In this document: piece by piece, positions 26,950 to 32,000 of the stretch
Layout of the letters: each line of letters starts with the position of its first letter
How positions within the stretch are numbered: position 1 is the stretch's first letter
Source of the DNA: Promethearchaeum syntrophicum
Lineage (GTDB): Archaea; Asgardarchaeota; Lokiarchaeia; Sigyniarchaeales; Promethearchaeaceae
NCBI RefSeq assembly: GCF_008000775.2
Contig: NZ_CP042905.2
Coordinates: 2,940,001-2,972,000 of the forward strand
Direction of reading: 5' to 3'
DNA length: 32,000 nt
Made by a program: the position numbers and the translations under genes
Notes under the pieces: model-generated
The model's input: the letters and a program-made list of their open reading frames with translations, nothing else
What the model was told of the DNA's origin: nothing
The model's database searches: none

Positions 26950-28110
26950 TTATAACCTGACAGGTCCTCTTCCACTCCGAGGATCACCATCTTTCGCAAT
27001 AATCATTGGTGCTTTTCCTGCTTTTACAACTTCACGTGCAACTTCTTGATCAATGGTAGCTGGAACTACAATGTTTACAATGCTAACTTCCGGATCCCGT
27101 AAAAACTCTTCTAATGAAGTATATTGTCGAGGTCGATCCGATTCAGGGATTTTCTTTAAATTTACTTTCTTCTCTGCATTTTTCAATGCTTTTGGATCAA
27201 TATCACAAATTGCTACTATATCCATTACTCTTTTTTCCTTAGGTTGCTTATAAGTTCCTCTCTCAATACTTTTTTTTAACATATTGATCCCACGGTCTCC
27301 CATCCCCACAATTCCAATATGTAATTCATTCATTTTCCTTTTTCCAACTGATTCCCACGATCTTCCTTTTCTAAACACAGATCTATCTTGTTGTTGAGGT
27401 ATTTGCATCCCCATCATCCGCATTACTTGAATAGCGTGATCATGAGAGACCCCTAATGGCCATTTATCTACTAACCTATGTAAATTGGCAATAACTTGTC
27501 CAAAATTAGGAGGATTTCGATTTTTTTCTACGCATTCTTTAGTTTCAAACATCAAAGTTTGCATAATAAAAATGAAATCCTTTTCATTTACTATTGGGAA
27601 AAAGACACGCCCTCCAAGTGCTTCAATTATTGAAGGTCTTAATGATTCATCGCGGATGATACAAATCGGAGGGAGTCTATTTTGTGCAACTGTAGTTATA
27701 TCCGCCAATAACGATTTTAGCTTTTCATTATTTTTAGATTCAAGGAGGAAACAACAAATCATTCCTGGTTGTTTCATTAAAATAGTAAAGTGTGGGGCAA
27801 CCAATTTTTTCTCATTATGTAGATTATTATCAGATTCCGTTTCATGAGGAATATATGGTCTGGAGATTGGTATAAACTTGCTTTTTCGCCATTCATCTTC
27901 ACTAATTATGTTTGCAAAGGGAGACTCTGGAGCATTAATATGTATTTTATTCCCATTTAGGTTAATTAAGGCAGGAATTATTTTATCAGCTATTAGATCC
28001 TTAAAATGCTTCTCAATATGTCGAAGTGTAAAAGTAGGTTTCGAATATCTAGATATTGCAGAAGATTCCGGAATTAATATAGATAATGTTATTCTTTTCA
28101 TTATAATCAC
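26950..28110 (-). CDS. hypothetical two-domain protein: unknown alpha/beta N-terminal region + degenerate Gfo/Idh/MocA-like Rossmann domain at the C-terminus
   Basis: The C-terminal roughly 120 aa read LHIGIVGMGDRGINMLKK...MDIVAICDIDPKALKNAEKK...YTSLEEFLRDPEVSIVNIVVPATIDQEVAREVVKAGKAPMII. This follows the Gfo/Idh/MocA NAD-binding pattern but lacks the EKP motif and any C-terminal catalytic domain. I recognise no motif in the N-terminal 260 aa. It is the longest ORF at this locus, and the opposite-strand ORFs are rejected. Confidence 0.4.
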   Translation of the reverse strand: MIIMKRITLSILIPESSAISRYSKPTFTLRHIEKHFKDLIADKIIPALINLNGNKIHINAPESPFANIISEDEWRKSKFIPISRPYIPHETESDNNLHNEKKLVAPHFTILMKQPGMICCFLLESKNNEKLKSLLADITTVAQNRLPPICIIRDESLRPSIIEALGGRVFFPIVNEKDFIFIMQTLMFETKECVEKNRNPPNFGQVIANLHRLVDKWPLGVSHDHAIQVMRMMGMQIPQQQDRSVFRKGRSWESVGKRKMNELHIGIVGMGDRGINMLKKSIERGTYKQPKEKRVMDIVAICDIDPKALKNAEKKVNLKKIPESDRPRQYTSLEEFLRDPEVSIVNIVVPATIDQEVAREVVKAGKAPMIIAKDGDPRSGRGPVRL

Positions 28111-28138
28111 ATTTAAATTGTCTTTTTAAACACATTAT

Positions 28139-29563
28139 TTGTTTAGATTCAAACCTATAAAAAGATATATTATACTTGATTATTTTTTTATAAATTGGGA
28201 GATTCATGAAAAATTGGTTAATTTTACTTTATTAGGAATAACTTTGATTTTATTTGTAGGTATTCTAATTATATTTAGCCGAGAACACATGGACTATGTT
28301 GCCTTTTCATTACTTTTTGCCTTTGTCGCTTGTGTTTTAACCAGTTTTATGATACCAATTGAGCAAGTCGGAGAACATGTACCCTGGGTGGACTCTTCTC
28401 AAATTACTGGGTCAACATGGATGATAATTTTTATTAATATGATTGAGTTTGAGCCATTATTGTTCATAATTGGAATGCAAATTATCTGTACAATTGCTGA
28501 AGAGTATAGATTATTTCAATGGGTCGCAGTAAAATCCCTTCATATCACTAAAGGAAATCATCGAAGATTTTTCTATATGATTTGCACCATTGCTACTTTA
28601 ACAGCTGCGATAATTGCAGATGTAACCGTAGCTGTTATCTTTGTTCCATTAGTAATACGAGCTTGTCGTATTTTGAAAATAAATCCTGCCCCATATCTTT
28701 ATGGAATTACGATTACCATTAATATTGGTTCAATTTTAACTCCATTTTCATCCTCGAAAAATATCTTGATTTCTTCTGAATTTGGCTTAGGGTTTACTTG
28801 GTTTATGCAAAATATGGGTCTTTTTATTATTTTTGCTCTTATTTCCACATTAATTCTATTAGATTTCTTTGTGTTGCGAAAGTATGATCCCCCCGAGGAA
28901 GAACGAAAGCAAATCTTCCTGGATATAATGAATCCAAAATTGCTTATCAGTAATCGTAAACGTTTTATTTTTAATGGGGTTTATGTGGCGCTAATAATTT
29001 TAGGATTTATGATATTCCATGAGCATTCCCCCCTGATTGCCTTTTTTGGTGCGATTATCATGAGTATACTTAATGGAATTCCGGTTACTGACATCCTGAA
29101 AAAGATTGATTTGAAAGTTATTTTCTTCTTTATCGCTCTTTTTCTTCTCATTGGATCTATGGAATTAAACGGCACCTTTAGCCTTATTTCAACTGGACTC
29201 TCTATTTTCAATTTAAGTAATATTTATGTTGTATCTCTTGGAGTTCTTCTAATATCAAGCCTTTTCTCAGGATTTTTAGCCAGTAATCCCACAGCGGTGT
29301 TATTGATAATAATATTAAGAAATATTTATCCAGGAGAGATCCCAAATATTATTTTAATTGCGTTTCTATTTGGTATCAATCTTGGAGGAAACTTACTACC
29401 TCAAGGTGCAACTTGTGATTTAATGACTCTAAATTTGGCCAAGAAAAATAATGTTCAAGGGTTTACCTACAAATCCTTACTAAAAACGGGTGGGGCATTT
29501 GCATTAATACATATTGGTATGTGTATATTGTATCTCACTTTATATAGCTTATTTACTGGTTAA
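28139..29563 (+). CDS. ArsB/NhaD-superfamily (YbiR/CitMHS-like) ion/anion permease
   Basis: About 11-12 TM helices. The segment TAAIIADVTVAVIFVPLVIRACRILKINPAPYLYGITITINIGSILTPFSSSKNILI fits the ArsB/NhaD permease core pattern (sN.a...l..Pi...p.p.l......an.Gg..tp.G...N). The start is uncertain. TTG 28139 leaves only 28 bp to the divergent gene. In-frame alternatives are TTG 28214 and ATG 28289. Confidence 0.6.
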   Translation: MFRFKPIKRYIILDYFFINWEIHEKLVNFTLLGITLILFVGILIIFSREHMDYVAFSLLFAFVACVLTSFMIPIEQVGEHVPWVDSSQITGSTWMIIFINMIEFEPLLFIIGMQIICTIAEEYRLFQWVAVKSLHITKGNHRRFFYMICTIATLTAAIIADVTVAVIFVPLVIRACRILKINPAPYLYGITITINIGSILTPFSSSKNILISSEFGLGFTWFMQNMGLFIIFALISTLILLDFFVLRKYDPPEEERKQIFLDIMNPKLLISNRKRFIFNGVYVALIILGFMIFHEHSPLIAFFGAIIMSILNGIPVTDILKKIDLKVIFFFIALFLLIGSMELNGTFSLISTGLSIFNLSNIYVVSLGVLLISSLFSGFLASNPTAVLLIIILRNIYPGEIPNIILIAFLFGINLGGNLLPQGATCDLMTLNLAKKNNVQGFTYKSLLKTGGAFALIHIGMCILYLTLYSLFTG

Positions 29564-29696
29564 TATCCATTTTTTGTATTAATGCTAACATGTATCACCT
29601 TTTTGATTATCTATTAAACTAGTAACCTAGGCATTTTAATGATTAGAAACTCAAGTAATAATTAAAAAACCCACACTAATCAATTTCAAATGGTTT

Positions 29697-31118
29697 ATGA
29701 AATTTGAAATGAAGGTGATAATGATGCAACCCATAAAATTTATCCACATGGCAGATACACATTTAGGAAATCAACAATATAATCTACCAGAACGCAAAAG
29801 AGACTTCAACAAAGCATTTAATTGGGTTTTAAATAAAAGTATTACCGAAGAAGTAGATTTTATCCTTTTAGCAGGTGATGTATTTAACTCAAATAATTCA
29901 GAACCTGAAACTATAGCCGCAATTTATCAAATGATATCCGAATTCAAAAATAATTCCATGCAAAACTTAAAAAGAGAAATACCTATAATCGCAATTGAAG
30001 GAAATCATGATAAAAGCAATATTTCAACTAAAAGGTCATGGTTACAATTTCTTGCGGAATTAGAACTTATCATTCTATTATCTCCTAAAACCAATAATAA
30101 AGAAGAATATACTATTTTTAAATTCGTCCCTTATTCAGAAAACAAGAAAAATCCTGGGATGATTCGTATCAAAGACACTTGCATATACGGGATTCCATCT
30201 TATGGGGCTATGACAAAAACATATTTTCCCGATATTTATAATGCACTCCCAGATAGTTCTGATACATTTAATATCTTGATGATGCATTTTGGGATAAATG
30301 GTCAAGTTATAAACAAATTAGGATTTGAAATGAGTGAAGATTTAAAATTACTGCATAAAAAAGTAAATTATCTTGCGTTAGGTCATTTCCATAAAAAATA
30401 TGCACTTCCCAAGAATAAAGAGTGGGTGTTTAACCCCGGAAGTTTAGAAGTTACTGATGCCAGAGAAATCTGGGAAAATTACCCTCGAGGCATTTTCTTA
30501 GTGGAAGTGCATGATAAAGAAAATCCTAATATTAGGCATATTCCTTGGGTTAAAGGTAAAAGTGAAAGTCCTGATGAAATTCCCAATCGATTCTTTGCAG
30601 ATATTACAATTGATATAGGGAAAAATGATTCAAGTTCATTTAAGGAGGCACTATCATATATATTAGAAAGCTTAAAAATTATTCTGGAAAAAAAAGGAAC
30701 AGCTCATTTAAAAAAAAATGATTTAGAATTACCTATTGTTTTGCTTACCTTAAATGGGACAATTTCCTATTCAAGATTGGAAGTAAACATCAATAAACTG
30801 AAAGAAAGAATTAAAGAAAAATACGATGTTTTGGATGTACGTGTTTTTAGTGGATCTGTGAAGTCAGAAATTGACGGAATCGTGGTAGATATAAGTTCTG
30901 AGAAATCACTTGAAGAAATTGAAAAAGATGTATTTTTACAACTCATTGAACAGCATCCAGATTATGAACCACACAAAAACGATATAATTCAATTAATGTT
31001 AGATTTAAAAAGTTCGATTCTTGATCCAAAAAAAAATTTTGACCAATTAAGAAATCAAATCAAATTATGGTGGAGATCACATATCTCACTCCCACAAGGG
31101 GAATTAAATAAGAATTAG
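29697..31118 (+). CDS. mre11: DNA double-strand-break repair nuclease Mre11
   Basis: The phosphoesterase motifs appear in Mre11 order: IHMADTHLG, LAGDVFN, EGNHD, MMHFG, LGHFHK. The gene lies directly upstream of rad50. The likely true start is ATG 29721 (MMQPIKFIHMADTHLG), preceded by GGTGA at 29713..29717. Confidence 0.9.
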   Translation: MKFEMKVIMMQPIKFIHMADTHLGNQQYNLPERKRDFNKAFNWVLNKSITEEVDFILLAGDVFNSNNSEPETIAAIYQMISEFKNNSMQNLKREIPIIAIEGNHDKSNISTKRSWLQFLAELELIILLSPKTNNKEEYTIFKFVPYSENKKNPGMIRIKDTCIYGIPSYGAMTKTYFPDIYNALPDSSDTFNILMMHFGINGQVINKLGFEMSEDLKLLHKKVNYLALGHFHKKYALPKNKEWVFNPGSLEVTDAREIWENYPRGIFLVEVHDKENPNIRHIPWVKGKSESPDEIPNRFFADITIDIGKNDSSSFKEALSYILESLKIILEKKGTAHLKKNDLELPIVLLTLNGTISYSRLEVNINKLKERIKEKYDVLDVRVFSGSVKSEIDGIVVDISSEKSLEEIEKDVFLQLIEQHPDYEPHKNDIIQLMLDLKSSILDPKKNFDQLRNQIKLWWRSHISLPQGELNKN

Positions 31119-31129
31119 GAGCAAATTTA

Positions 31130-32000
31130 ATGATAATAACTAAAGTGCAATTAATAAACATCACCACCCATAAGAATAATTTCATAAAATTTGAAGAAGG
31201 AACTAATCTTTTAATGGGACCCAATGGCACAGGAAAATCCACCGTTCTTACAATGATTGGGTATGCACTTTTTGATATGAAACTTGGAAATAATCAAAAA
31301 TCATACGTCCGTGTCCCATCATCTAAGAATAATTTTGGTACAGTAAAAATTTGGATAAGTGGCAAAGATAAACAAGAATATTGTATTGAACGCACAATTG
31401 GGAAACCTAACAATAAAATAATTGTATCTCATTCTGATACGGGTGCAATTCTAACTAAAATTTATAATAAAGCTAATTTACGGATTTGGATTCAAGATCA
31501 GATGGGATTAAGTAAAAATTTTTCACTTTCAAGTATATTCGAACACGCCATAGGTGTGAATCAAGGAACGTTTACTGCCCCATTTTTAATGAACCCTAGT
31601 GATAGGTCCAGTATTTTTGCCCCTTTACTAAATGTACATATTTATAAAAACATTTATGATAAATACAGAGAGATTAATAATTCATTCAAAGATGAAATTC
31701 AAAATTTAGAAAAAGAGATTAGCTTTATTGAAGGAGAATTAAAGGGAAAAGATCAAATCACTCAACAACAAATAGATATTAATGAAAAACTTCGAGAATT
31801 AAGGGTTTCATCTATAAGTTCGATTACAAATTTTAACCGAATAAAGAAAAAATACGATGAATTGGTACTAATAAAGGAAAAATTAGAAAAAGTAAGAAAT
31901 GATGTCGAAAGATTGGAGTATAAGAAGAAAAATTTAGAAGATATTCTTGATAAAAATGAAGTTGAAATCAATGAAGCTAAATCAGCAAAAAATATTTGCG
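31130..32000 (+). CDS. rad50: DNA double-strand-break repair ATPase Rad50, N-terminal part (runs off the right edge)
   Basis: Not in the track because it is truncated. ATG 31130 follows AGGAG at 31116..31120. Translation gives MIITKVQLINITTHKNNFIKFEEGTNLLMGPNGTGKSTVL (Walker A at 31217..31240). This is followed by the GVNQGTF Q-loop region and the start of a Lys/Glu-rich coiled coil. Confidence 0.9.
   Translation, partial: MIITKVQLINITTHKNNFIKFEEGTNLLMGPNGTGKSTVLTMIGYALFDMKLGNNQKSYVRVPSSKNNFGTVKIWISGKDKQEYCIERTIGKPNNKIIVSHSDTGAILTKIYNKANLRIWIQDQMGLSKNFSLSSIFEHAIGVNQGTFTAPFLMNPSDRSSIFAPLLNVHIYKNIYDKYREINNSFKDEIQNLEKEISFIEGELKGKDQITQQQIDINEKLRELRVSSISSITNFNRIKKKYDELVLIKEKLEKVRNDVERLEYKKKNLEDILDKNEVEINEAKSAKNIC

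Noticed and set aside
27053-28129. Three plus-strand ORFs (66, 120 and 83 aa) opposite the 386-aa minus-strand ORF
   Set aside because: Each is much shorter than the minus-strand ORF that spans all of them. Only the minus-strand product shows a recognisable (Rossmann-like) pattern. The plus-strand peptides are Ser/Phe/Ile-rich antisense artefacts.
28111-28138. 28-bp divergent gap between the orphan gene and the permease as an unusual bidirectional promoter
   Set aside because: It is more simply explained by a mis-set permease start. TTG 28139 comes from the ORF track. Downstream in-frame starts at 28214 or 28289 would give a normal spacer of about 100-180 bp.
1-32000. Scan for CRISPR arrays, tRNA/rRNA genes, C/D-box sRNAs and IS/integrase-type mobile elements
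   Set aside because: I saw no regularly spaced direct repeats. No intergenic gap has a G+C-rich island with cloverleaf-like structure. There is no RUGAUGA...CUGA box pair. No transposase, integrase or recombinase-like ORF is present. A covariance-model scan (tRNAscan-SE/Infernal) would be the decisive check.
29564-32000. Claim that this genome lacks herA-nurA next to mre11-rad50
   Set aside because: Only the upstream side can be seen, and it holds a permease rather than herA. rad50 is truncated by the window edge, so herA/nurA may follow it. It is kept only as a caveat in the neighbourhood finding.

Overview
AT-rich window (hand counts of sample 60-nt rows give about 27-33% G+C) that is almost fully coding. 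It holds 24 supportable CDSs. I found no tRNA, rRNA, CRISPR array, transposase or integrase. The host is archaeal: there is a TFB (TFIIB-type) factor, an mre11-rad50 pair and a PGF-CTERM-like surface protein. The Asn/Lys/Ile-rich proteome, the giant HEAT-repeat protein and several bacterial-type lipid genes suggest an Asgard (Lokiarchaeia-like) genome, but that is inference only. All product calls come from motifs I recognise by eye, because no searches could be run.

Gene order, left to right:
- two tandem small membrane paralogs
- DUF2804-like protein
- EamA transporter, DAGK-type lipid kinase and MaoC double-hotdog protein
- wHTH regulator
- membrane purple-acid-phosphatase-like metallophosphoesterase
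- Tag glycosylase
- UppP and a Zn-dependent ADH
- 1519-aa polytopic-membrane plus HEAT-solenoid protein
- cold-shock protein
- LpxL/PatA-family acyltransferase
- paralogous pair: a secreted acidic PGF-CTERM protein and the same ectodomain fused through one TM helix to two cytoplasmic wHTH domains
- Bcp peroxiredoxin
- divergent TFB paralog
- 1653-aa Fe-S nuclease / RNase H-like / SF1B helicase fusion
- orphan protein with a degenerate Rossmann tail
- ArsB/NhaD-type permease
- mre11 and rad50 (5' part only)

The best candidates for something undescribed are:
1. the TFB paralog plus giant Dna2-logic nuclease-helicase, about 2.8 kb from mre11-rad50
2. the surface-protein / transmembrane-wHTH paralog pair
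3. the membrane-anchored HEAT giant
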